Shown: in pieces, positions 10,816 to 18,159 of the stretch
Position numbering within the stretch: the first letter of the stretch is position 1
Layout of the letters: every line of letters starts with the position of its first letter
Virus record (IMG/VR): IMGVR_UViG_3300044638_005715
Span: 1 to 39,397 of that record
Length of the DNA stretch: 39,397 nucleotides
Source of the DNA: a virus
Lineage: Duplodnaviria; Heunggongvirae; Uroviricota; Caudoviricetes
Direction: 5' to 3' (one strand)
Notes under the pieces: model-generated
The model's input: only the letters and a program-made list of their open reading frames with translations
Databases searched by the model: none
Told to the model about the DNA's origin: nothing
Position numbers and translations under genes: made by a program

Positions 10816-11670
10816 TTACCAATTACGGCATGACCAATATCTTGCCTTCCATTTTGGACCAGGATTTGTGTCACATTTATGACGGGCCCTAAATAATTTC
10901 CTTCTTTCTGGATCGTTTTTCTTTATGGTCATATTTGGATCGCCAAACCGTACAATAACAATCTTACCTTTATCATTTTTAGTATAAACAGCAAATTTTT
11001 TAGGACCACTAGGAGTTCTAAATGGTTTATTTAATGTTACTTTACGACCTTGATATTCGGCCGCCATTTCCGTTTCCATATCATCTTCTTCATATGGTTC
11101 ATTATACATCATATAATCATAAGCAGACTCAATATGAACATCAGCTTTAGATATATTATCTTGAACCCATCCCTCTAATTCCTCATCATCTTCAAGTGCA
11201 TTATAAATAGCCATGGCCTTTTCTGCTATTTTCTTTAATTGGGCCTTTGCCATGCCACCTTCACCGCCATCAGATGATTGTGCCATTTTCCATGCTTTTG
11301 GATCTGGTCGATCTTTATCCCCAGGTTTAGCTGGCCTATATTTTTTTCCTTCTCTCTTTTTCTTCTTCCTAATATTTTCCCATAGGCTAGCCGAACTAAT
11401 AGTTTCAGGATCAACACCTTCATCTACATAATCTTCATCTGGCGGAATATAAAAGTTACTAACCCTTAATTCTTCTTCCCAACCACATTCATTGAATTCC
11501 AAAATAGCAGATGCTGAATCTTTAATATCTAAATCAATGGTAGCCTTAGACATACATACTGCTACTCTTTGCTTATTGTCTGGATAGTCCTTCTTCATCA
11601 TTTCGTCGCCCATGCAGCGACCCATAAAACTGGAACTATCTTCTCCCTTACGCTTACTTGGAATTGGCAT
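10816..11670 (-). CDS. modular phage protein (284 aa) of four short conserved modules
   Basis: PIPS..FMGRCM..YPDNKQRVAVC; LWENIRKK..KPGDKDRP; EGGMAKAQL..LEGWVQDNI; AEYQGRKVTLNKPF..RARHKC..KARYWSC (recalled from aquatic T4-like/large phages). Confidence 0.75.
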   Translation of the reverse strand: MPIPSKRKGEDSSSFMGRCMGDEMMKKDYPDNKQRVAVCMSKATIDLDIKDSASAILEFNECGWEEELRVSNFYIPPDEDYVDEGVDPETISSASLWENIRKKKKREGKKYRPAKPGDKDRPDPKAWKMAQSSDGGEGGMAKAQLKKIAEKAMAIYNALEDDEELEGWVQDNISKADVHIESAYDYMMYNEPYEEDDMETEMAAEYQGRKVTLNKPFRTPSGPKKFAVYTKNDKGKIVIVRFGDPNMTIKKNDPERRKLFRARHKCDTNPGPKWKARYWSCRNW

Positions 11671-11897
11671 TATTTGCGGCCCTCTTTAATATTTTCTTCC
11701 CACCAAAAATTAATACGGCAATGCTCTTTATCCCAAAAGAACACATAATCAATAAACATTCTAGTCATCATCCAATATATAGAATGATATTGGCATCTAT
11801 ATGAACGACTAGATAGCATTTCATCAAAATCGCCACCCAGTAATGTATTTAATGTTCTAGATGCAGCAATTTTAAAATGTTGAAATTGTGTTAGCAT
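11670..11897 (-). CDS. conserved small phage protein
   Basis: LNTLLGGDFDEMLSSRSYR...FIDYVFFWDKEHC pattern (recurrent phage hypothetical, recalled). Confidence 0.7.
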   Translation of the reverse strand: MLTQFQHFKIAASRTLNTLLGGDFDEMLSSRSYRCQYHSIYWMMTRMFIDYVFFWDKEHCRINFWWEENIKEGRK

Positions 11898-11898
11898 A

Positions 11899-12423
11899 TT
11901 ACTTACTATATAATTCGGAAAATTTTTCTATTGGCATATATCCATTATACTCAACAAATTCACCAGACTTATTATAAAATTGAAAGACGGGAACTGAACC
12001 AGTATATTCTATTGGTTTAATTTTCCATCCCTTCTTAACTAATAATGGTTGTACTTGTAATTTCCATACATCACAATGCTTACAGTCATCCCTAGTAAGC
12101 ATTTTAATCTCATCTTTAATTATGGTATTATCCTGTATTTTATCATTGATATCCATTTCATGAATTATACCATCACCACCACAATTTTCGCATTTCACAC
12201 AGATAGTTCCGTCACCAACCCTTCCAACACCACACTTCCCAGGTGGGCTATTACAGTCACGACATTTATCACCAACACTTTGTTTAACACCATCTATAAT
12301 CTCATCCTCATTTAAAGCTGTATATTTTGCCATTAATGCAACACTATTAGCATACTCCGTATATGAAATAGGTGAATTACAGCCGACAAAAAGGATAAAA
12401 AATATAGTAAATATTCTTAACAT
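11899..12423 (-). CDS. predicted lipoprotein with Zn-finger-like CxxC pairs and C-terminal thioredoxin/glutaredoxin-like domain
   Basis: GGAG SD before ATG 12423; lipobox-like FVGC; CRDC..GRVGDG..CENCGGDG; DCKHCDVWK...SVPVF. Confidence 0.7.
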   Translation of the reverse strand: MLRIFTIFFILFVGCNSPISYTEYANSVALMAKYTALNEDEIIDGVKQSVGDKCRDCNSPPGKCGVGRVGDGTICVKCENCGGDGIIHEMDINDKIQDNTIIKDEIKMLTRDDCKHCDVWKLQVQPLLVKKGWKIKPIEYTGSVPVFQFYNKSGEFVEYNGYMPIEKFSELYSK

Positions 12424-12436
12424 TATAAACTCCGTT

Positions 12437-12652
12437 TTATTTATTACATCCACAATCACATTGATTAATAATACAATTACAGGGTGAATTAATATCTAGT
12501 TTGAAACATGCCGGGCAATCTACACATTCGCACACGGCCCCATTAACAACAGAAGCAGAACTTGAACGCTCACTTGTGCCAATACAGTATGAACCTACTG
12601 ATAACACAACAAACAAACCTACTAAAAGTAAACAACTATTTAAATTCGTCAT
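12437..12652 (-). CDS. small secreted or membrane-anchored Cys-rich protein
   Basis: AAGGAG SD; hydrophobic N-terminus; CECVDCPAC...CNC...CDCGC. Confidence 0.75.
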   Translation of the reverse strand: MTNLNSCLLLVGLFVVLSVGSYCIGTSERSSSASVVNGAVCECVDCPACFKLDINSPCNCIINQCDCGCNK

Positions 12653-12661
12653 TATATCTCC

Positions 12662-14836
12662 TTAACCTAATAAACCAGTGCCCCAATTATTTATTTTTTG
12701 CATCTTCCAACCATTTAGGCCAGCAAATACACTACAGTCTCTATTTCTAATATCAGACCAACGGGCCCAAAATGAACCCTCTGGAATCATAATATTGCCA
12801 GTATTAGGATTGACTATCCCTAATTTAATCCATCTATTTTTTTTGTGTTTTGGAACATATTGGGCACTATCTAAAATATCACGGTTCCCAGATATCCATC
12901 TTGGGCCCCAACTATTCTGAACTAATACTAGGGGCTCTTTATATATCCTTTTAATAATTTCCCTATCATCGGCCGCAATATATGCCATAGCATGGGCCCA
13001 ACTACCTTGTCTTTGTGCCACACCATGCTCTGATCGCTGTTTGGCAAACCCTTCTGAACCACATGTATGAATAAATCGGCCCTGACCTAATGAATCACGT
13101 ATTCCCTCAAATGTATTAGTTCTTGCAGCAGTCCTAATAAGATTTTTACCTAATAGTGCCTGTATGGAATCTGGCGGTTGTGAAGCCCCCCATTTCCCTG
13201 CTAAAGCCGCATCATATTTGGTTAGATCTATATTTGATCCTTCTAGAGGGCCCCTTATTACAGCACCTGCTTTCTGCATACTAACATTAGCAGATGCCTC
13301 ACAGTACCAACCGTCACCACCATGGCCCCTAAACCAATAAAATACCTCAGTTGATAATGCACCATTTCTTATTCCATCAACAGATATTTTGGGCAATGTT
13401 TCTAACATGCCAGTTTGTTCATCTGTCTGACCTGATACAATTTCACCAATCATTGTGCCCAATATAGCATTCTTATTGGAGTGCGACACACAATTAAAAA
13501 TACCAAAACCATTACATATAAAATTATGATCATATTCTACTTCAATACAATAAACATAATTATTTTCTGGATCGACTATGTTAATTTCTTTTATCTTAAC
13601 TTCTCGACCATAACATTGTGATAAATTTGATATAGTTGTATATTCAGTTTTAGGAAGCATAAACTCTATAGAAGTTGCTATATTAGCAAAATCTAACATT
13701 AAATCCTTATTAACCGAAACGGCACATGACATATATTTGGATTTATGACCGTCTCCATCAAACCATCCTTTCAATAAAGCTATTTTATTAGATTGATTCA
13801 TTATAAAACATTCTTTACATAATCTTTTGGTATATGTATTACCATTAACTAAATATTTAAAGAATGATGCAATTATAGATGAAGAAACTCTTACATAAAT
13901 AACAGTTGGTTTAGATGGAACAGTATAAATATGTGGTTCTATACCAAAAATATCTATAAAATATTCTCTCAGTTTATCAGCAATTTCTGTCTCATGACTA
14001 CCTAAATTAAATGTAATTCTATTGAATTCTGATTTATCACCATCTATACCTCCCTCAGCAGCATATAATCCAATAATCCATGCTAATCTTTCATTACATT
14101 TAATATATCTATTTACCTGAATAGATGAATTTTTTCCCCTTATTTTATTTTCATCAACAGGGACTATCCTGTTTAGAGCAAAATCTATATCATCTGTTAT
14201 TGCTTCTCTATTATAGTAATGATATAAATCAAATATAAATTCTTCAGAATACAGAATGGGGGGTAAATAAACTTTGTCACCAATAGATAATTCAGATATT
14301 GGTTTACCCTCTAAGGTATGTGGATTAATAATATATTTATGATCCGGTGTAGATGCTATTTTATTTAAATAACCCTCTACAGAAATTTCTACCATTTTTT
14401 TATTATATGGCTTTTTAAAAACATTTGTAACCATTCGCTTGTTACCAGTGGCACTAATAACGTATTCGCCGACTTTAATGTCTTTAATTTGTTTTTCAGA
14501 ACCATCAGACATTCTTACTAAATCACTTCCATTTTGGCAATCGCCCCTACCCTGAGCAGGCCCCGGTAACGCAGTAGGAACCAATTCCATTATATGAACA
14601 AACGGGATTACTAATTGACTAGCAAACGCATTAAACCAATTGAATGCATATGCAGCATCTTCTACCTGTGTATATCCACCAGTTTGCTTAGATAATTCTG
14701 TAAATTTGTCTCGTTCTTCCGGGTCTAAGTATGTGCCCGCAAAACCATCGGTATACTTTCTGATGATATCATCTACAGGAAGTGCAAGAGAAGGATCTTG
14801 GTCCCATACTTTAGAATGCTTAGGATATATTTTCAT
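12662..14836 (-). CDS. papain-like (C1/clan CA) cysteine peptidase precursor containing an intein
   Basis: Spliced extein reads PAQGRGD|CVSHS (Gln oxyanion + catalytic Cys), WAHAM (His), VQNSWG (Asn); start placed at the ATGA overlap 14836 (track start 14851). Confidence 0.85.
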   Translation of the reverse strand: MKIYPKHSKVWDQDPSLALPVDDIIRKYTDGFAGTYLDPEERDKFTELSKQTGGYTQVEDAAYAFNWFNAFASQLVIPFVHIMELVPTALPGPAQGRGDCQNGSDLVRMSDGSEKQIKDIKVGEYVISATGNKRMVTNVFKKPYNKKMVEISVEGYLNKIASTPDHKYIINPHTLEGKPISELSIGDKVYLPPILYSEEFIFDLYHYYNREAITDDIDFALNRIVPVDENKIRGKNSSIQVNRYIKCNERLAWIIGLYAAEGGIDGDKSEFNRITFNLGSHETEIADKLREYFIDIFGIEPHIYTVPSKPTVIYVRVSSSIIASFFKYLVNGNTYTKRLCKECFIMNQSNKIALLKGWFDGDGHKSKYMSCAVSVNKDLMLDFANIATSIEFMLPKTEYTTISNLSQCYGREVKIKEINIVDPENNYVYCIEVEYDHNFICNGFGIFNCVSHSNKNAILGTMIGEIVSGQTDEQTGMLETLPKISVDGIRNGALSTEVFYWFRGHGGDGWYCEASANVSMQKAGAVIRGPLEGSNIDLTKYDAALAGKWGASQPPDSIQALLGKNLIRTAARTNTFEGIRDSLGQGRFIHTCGSEGFAKQRSEHGVAQRQGSWAHAMAYIAADDREIIKRIYKEPLVLVQNSWGPRWISGNRDILDSAQYVPKHKKNRWIKLGIVNPNTGNIMIPEGSFWARWSDIRNRDCSVFAGLNGWKMQKINNWGTGLLG
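13493..14539 (-). mobile_element. intein (349 aa) with LAGLIDADG homing endonuclease
   Basis: Starts CQNGSDLVRMSDGSEKQIKDIKVGE; block B TPDH; IIGLYAAEG and LLKGWFDGDG; block F VYCIEV; ends IFN followed by Cys+1. Confidence 0.93.
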
Positions 14837-15291
14837 TGCTGAAATGCCCAACCAATAGATTTATATAAGGAAATTAATTTACTCTTATTATCATCATTTA
14901 TTTTTATAGGGTATTCACCTATATATGTATTAAATAATTTGTCCATTTCCTCACTAGCACCAGGAAATAAGCCTTTAAGATCTCCGTGTTTCCTAATATA
15001 CATTGAGATCAAATCTTCATTGTATGATGGCAATTTATCAGACACCATATCAATAGTAGATAGTTCAAAAGTATCGGCCGCAGCAAACCACATAGACGCC
15101 ATTTTATCTTTTTGATCTTTAGTGGCCTTACTTGATTTAACTATATTAGCTAAATTACCAACCCTAGACATTTCATCGGGTGATAATTGAACAGTGCTCA
15201 CATTACTTTGTATATTAAGTGATTTTAAATTAGGGACACTAATTACAAATAATCCGGCAACTATAAGGAGAATAGGAATTATATTTTTCAT
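14833..15291 (-). CDS. secreted or membrane-anchored protein (152 aa)
   Basis: MKNIIPILLIVAGLFVIS signal-like N-terminus; coupled to both neighbours by ATGA overlaps. Confidence 0.75.
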   Translation of the reverse strand: MKNIIPILLIVAGLFVISVPNLKSLNIQSNVSTVQLSPDEMSRVGNLANIVKSSKATKDQKDKMASMWFAAADTFELSTIDMVSDKLPSYNEDLISMYIRKHGDLKGLFPGASEEMDKLFNTYIGEYPIKINDDNKSKLISLYKSIGWAFQQ

Positions 15292-15569
15292 TTCTTGTCT
15301 ACTATAGTCTCTGAGGTAACTGGTGGATTAATAATTCCATTTATGACATTTGTTAAGTCCTTATATATTTTTTCATCCTTATACCTTTCTCTCATATTAA
15401 TTAGTATTTCTAAGTCACTCATAATGCCATTCCCATTATTATTTAAAGGGGCCGCATTACGATCACATAACTTATTAAATATAGTAAATAATTGATCTTT
15501 AAAGAAAAACCCGGCCCCGCCAGATCCCAGTAATAAAAGTCCTAAAAGATTATCTTGAATAAATTGCAT
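15288..15569 (-). CDS. small membrane protein, possible holin-like
   Basis: N-terminal hydrophobic LLGLLLLGSGGAGFFF; operon context. Confidence 0.6.
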   Translation of the reverse strand: MQFIQDNLLGLLLLGSGGAGFFFKDQLFTIFNKLCDRNAAPLNNNGNGIMSDLEILINMRERYKDEKIYKDLTNVINGIINPPVTSETIVDKK

Positions 15570-15570
15570 G

Positions 15571-15867
15571 TTAGTTACCGTATATAATTGGTTTAATAGT
15601 TTTTAATATAGCGTTTTTTGCTAATTTCCTAGTTATGATTTGGGGAAATGGTAAATCAAGCTTAGGTATGATAATATCAATAACGGCCTCAATTGCCTTC
15701 ATTAAAGTATCTGGATTAATAGAGGGGTTCTTATCAAATATATCTTTAATTACACCTAATATCTGTATTAGAAGTGTACCCTTATCCTTCTCATTAATAT
15801 GAGGTATGATACTGTCATATATATCTTGACTTAACTTGTCTTCATCAAAATTATATTGCGATTCCAT
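15571..15867 (-). CDS. hypothetical helical protein, first gene of the - strand operon
   Basis: GGAG SD upstream; 98-aa ORF. Confidence 0.7.
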   Translation of the reverse strand: MESQYNFDEDKLSQDIYDSIIPHINEKDKGTLLIQILGVIKDIFDKNPSINPDTLMKAIEAVIDIIIPKLDLPFPQIITRKLAKNAILKTIKPIIYGN

Positions 15868-15906
15868 ATTTTCTCCAATTTGTATAAAAATAAATACTCA
15901 ATGGGA

Positions 15907-15934
15907 TTGACAGGAAGGAAATTTAATTTAAAAT
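15907..15934 (+). promoter_or_regulatory. promoter TTGACA-N16-TAAAAT heading QV cluster B
   Basis: TTGACA 15907-15912, TAAAAT 15929-15934. Confidence 0.65.
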
Positions 15935-15978
15935 TATGTGAGTTTGTGTGAATCCTTTTAAAAAATTGTGGTATTACT

Positions 15979-16182
15979 ATGATAAATAATCATATTGATT
16001 ACAAAAATGTAAAAAATAAGGTCAATAATCAGGTCCGTGGTCAGGTCAAGATTCAGGTCTTGGCTCAGGTCTATAATCAGGTCGATAATCAGGTCCATGG
16101 TCAGGTCAGGGTTCAGGTCAAGATTCAGGTCTCCATTCAGGTCGAAAATCATGTCCATCATACCAAGGGCAATAATGAATAA
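15979..16182 (+). CDS. xxQV-repeat minigene B1 (67 aa)
   Basis: ...NQVRGQVKIQVLAQVYNQV...HHTKGNNE. Confidence 0.7.
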   Translation: MINNHIDYKNVKNKVNNQVRGQVKIQVLAQVYNQVDNQVHGQVRVQVKIQVSIQVENHVHHTKGNNE

Positions 16183-16351
16183 AAAGAGCGTTATTAAGCA
16201 GGTCCGTGGTCAGGTCGATAATCAGGTCATGTATCAGGTCAATTATCAGGTCTATAATCCGGTCTGGAATCAGGTCTGGGATTATATCAGTGATAAGGTC
16301 AGGGATCAGGTCTGGGATCAGGTCCATCATACTAAGGGCGATAATGAGTAA
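16175..16351 (+). CDS. xxQV-repeat minigene B2 (58 aa)
   Basis: AAGGG SD-like + ATG; MNKKSVIKQVRGQV...HHTKGDNE. Confidence 0.7.
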   Translation: MNKKSVIKQVRGQVDNQVMYQVNYQVYNPVWNQVWDYISDKVRDQVWDQVHHTKGDNE

Positions 16352-16520
16352 AAAGAGCGTTATTAAGCAGGTCCGTGGTCAGGTCAGGAAGCAGGTCATG
16401 CAGCAGGTCGATAATCAGGTCAATAATCAGGTCTGGAATCAGGTCTGGGATTATATCAGTGATAAGGTCTGGGATCAGGTCTGGGATCATGTCTATCATA
16501 CTAAGGGCGATAATGAGTAA
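16344..16520 (+). CDS. xxQV-repeat minigene B3 (58 aa)
   Basis: MSKKSVIKQVRGQV...YHTKGDNE; near-duplicate of B2. Confidence 0.7.
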   Translation: MSKKSVIKQVRGQVRKQVMQQVDNQVNNQVWNQVWDYISDKVWDQVWDHVYHTKGDNE

Positions 16521-16797
16521 AGAGAGCTTGAATTCACGGGTCAAGGATCATTTCAGGTGTCATGTCGGGGATCAGGTCGGGGATCAGGTCAGGGATCAAG
16601 TCTGGGATCAGGTCTGGAATCAGGTCCGTGGTCAGGTCAAGATTCAGGTCTGGGCCCAGGTCAGGAATCAAATCCAGGATCAGGTCTATAATCATGTCGA
16701 TAATCAGGTCTATAATCAGGTCCGTAGTCAGGTCGGTAATCAGGTCCGTGGTCAGGTCGGGGATCAGGTCCATCATACCAAGGGCGATAATGAGTAA
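16513..16797 (+). CDS. xxQV-repeat minigene B4 (94 aa)
   Basis: MSKESLNSRV...GDQVGDQVRDQVWDQV...HHTKGDNE. Confidence 0.7.
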   Translation: MSKESLNSRVKDHFRCHVGDQVGDQVRDQVWDQVWNQVRGQVKIQVWAQVRNQIQDQVYNHVDNQVYNQVRSQVGNQVRGQVGDQVHHTKGDNE

Positions 16798-16990
16798 AAA
16801 GAGCGTTATTAAGCAGGTCCGTGGTCAGGTCGGGAATCAGGTCATGTATTATGTCAATTATCAGGTCCGTTGTCAGGTCGGTAATCAAGTCAGGAGTCAG
16901 GTCTATAATCAGTTCGAGAATCAGGTCATGCAGCAGGTCAGTGATCAGGTCTATAATCATGTCTATCATACCAAGGGCGATAATGAGTAA
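16790..16990 (+). CDS. xxQV-repeat minigene B5 (66 aa)
   Basis: MSKKSVIKQVRGQV...YHTKGDNE. Confidence 0.7.
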   Translation: MSKKSVIKQVRGQVGNQVMYYVNYQVRCQVGNQVRSQVYNQFENQVMQQVSDQVYNHVYHTKGDNE

Positions 16991-17168
16991 GAATATCACG
17001 GTTCAGATCCAGGATCAAGTCTGGGATCAGGTCGGGGATCAGGTCTGGTATCAAGTCTCCAATCATGTAAGAAGAATTGATGTCGAGAATCAGATCCGGT
17101 ATAAAGTCTGGGATAAAATCAAGAATAATATAGGAAATAAGGTTATGAATTTACTAATTTCTCAATAA
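16983..17168 (+). CDS. xxQV-repeat minigene B6 (61 aa, diverged C-terminus)
   Basis: MSKNITVQIQDQVWDQVGDQV... Confidence 0.65.
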   Translation: MSKNITVQIQDQVWDQVGDQVWYQVSNHVRRIDVENQIRYKVWDKIKNNIGNKVMNLLISQ

Positions 17169-17193
17169 ATAAATTATTTTTTTAAAAAAATGG

Positions 17194-17221
17194 TTGACAT
17201 TTTTTTGCTTTATGGTATACT
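17194..17221 (+). promoter_or_regulatory. promoter TTGACA-N16-TATACT with extended -10 TG, upstream of ruvB
   Basis: TTGACA 17194-17199; TGG-TATACT 17213-17221; A/T tract upstream. Confidence 0.8.
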
Positions 17222-17265
17222 AGATGGACCGATGTGATGAATTAAAATAATAAGGTAAAAAAAAC

Positions 17266-18159
17266 ATGGTTAGACCCGTCAATCTAAATCAAATTGTTGG
17301 GCAGACAGATGCTAAAACTGTTATTCAGGTATTATTGAATGCCTCTATGATTAAAAATGAGGCAATGCCACACATCTTGTGCAGTGGGCCCGCAGGAAAT
17401 GGTAAAACGACTGTTGCTAAATGCACTGCCGCCGCCAAGGGCACAAAACTATATGAAATTAATGCAGCTAATATTAATACTATAAATCAAATATCAGAGA
17501 TTATAGGAGGGATGAAAGACCAAGATATATTATTTATTGATGAGATCCATAATTTAAAGCCAAAAGTATGTGAATGGCTATATACTGTTATGGAGGATTT
17601 TAAATATTATGAGAAAGTTGGCTCATCCATTATTGTTCGCCAGACGGCTCGTATAACTATTTTTGGTGCCTCAACGTGTATTGGCAAGCTTCCTACGCCA
17701 TTAAAAGCCAGATTTAAATTTACGGCCGAATTTGTGCCATATACAGAAGATGAACTGTGTGATATTGTGCAATTGGTTTGCCAGTCTTATAATTTTAAGC
17801 TCAATTCAAAGCTAGCACATGTAATAGCCAAAACATGCAGATTGACCCCTCGATTGGTGGTAAGTCGCACAGAATGGATAAGAGATTACATGATTTCAAA
17901 AAATTTAAGGAAAATCTCTTGCGAAGAGGTTATAAGTATCATAAAACTTCAGGGCGTAGATGAAGACGGCCTTACCCGCCTGGACCACTCCTACCTCTCC
18001 GTCGTGAGAGATAATCATCCAATCAGTGTAGGACAAATCGCCCACAAACTAAATATCGATAAGGACACAGTAATCAATGATGTGGAGCCTTATCTCATCA
18101 AGAGTGGTTTAATTGAGATTACTACCAAGGGTCGCATTCTGGGGAGAAATTACAAATGA
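17266..18159 (+). CDS. ruvB: Holliday junction branch migration AAA+ helicase RuvB
   Basis: RPVNLNQIVGQ, Walker A GPAGNGKTT, Walker B ILFIDEIH, LKARF, TPR, C-terminal VEPYLIKSGLIEITTKGR. Confidence 0.92.
   Translation: MVRPVNLNQIVGQTDAKTVIQVLLNASMIKNEAMPHILCSGPAGNGKTTVAKCTAAAKGTKLYEINAANINTINQISEIIGGMKDQDILFIDEIHNLKPKVCEWLYTVMEDFKYYEKVGSSIIVRQTARITIFGASTCIGKLPTPLKARFKFTAEFVPYTEDELCDIVQLVCQSYNFKLNSKLAHVIAKTCRLTPRLVVSRTEWIRDYMISKNLRKISCEEVISIIKLQGVDEDGLTRLDHSYLSVVRDNHPISVGQIAHKLNIDKDTVINDVEPYLIKSGLIEITTKGRILGRNYK

Larger units (their letters stand above)
15979..17168 (+). repeat. hierarchical coding tandem repeat: 12-nt CAGGTC-containing subunits inside six minigenes joined by a conserved 27-nt junction
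   Basis: Junction YATCATACYAAGGGCRATAATGARTAA at 16156, 16325, 16494, 16771, 16964. Confidence 0.95.

Noticed and set aside
13493-14539. Class 3 intein (because of Cys at block F4)
   Set aside because: Cys1 is present and the Trp (B12) and Thr (G5) of the WCT signature are absent (Tyr and Ile instead); treated as class 1 with a non-canonical penultimate residue.
16029-16990. CAGGTC as a deamination product of methylated GGCC
   Set aside because: GGTC is one transition from GGCC, but CAG GTC is fully explained by Gln-Val coding plus repeat copying, and there is no independent evidence.
15958-16999. Antisense DLIPDLII ORFs (also 6999-7259 and 7282-7512)
   Set aside because: Shadow frames created by the 12-nt repeat; no SD or promoter on that strand.
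15979-17168. CRISPR array
   Set aside because: The junction repeat is non-palindromic and encodes SD/start/stop. The intervening segments are 140-250 nt and themselves repetitive and coding. No cas genes in the window.
7101-17168. Diversity-generating retroelement (TR/VR pair)
   Set aside because: The shared block is perfectly identical rather than adenine-mutated, and no reverse transcriptase is present in the window.
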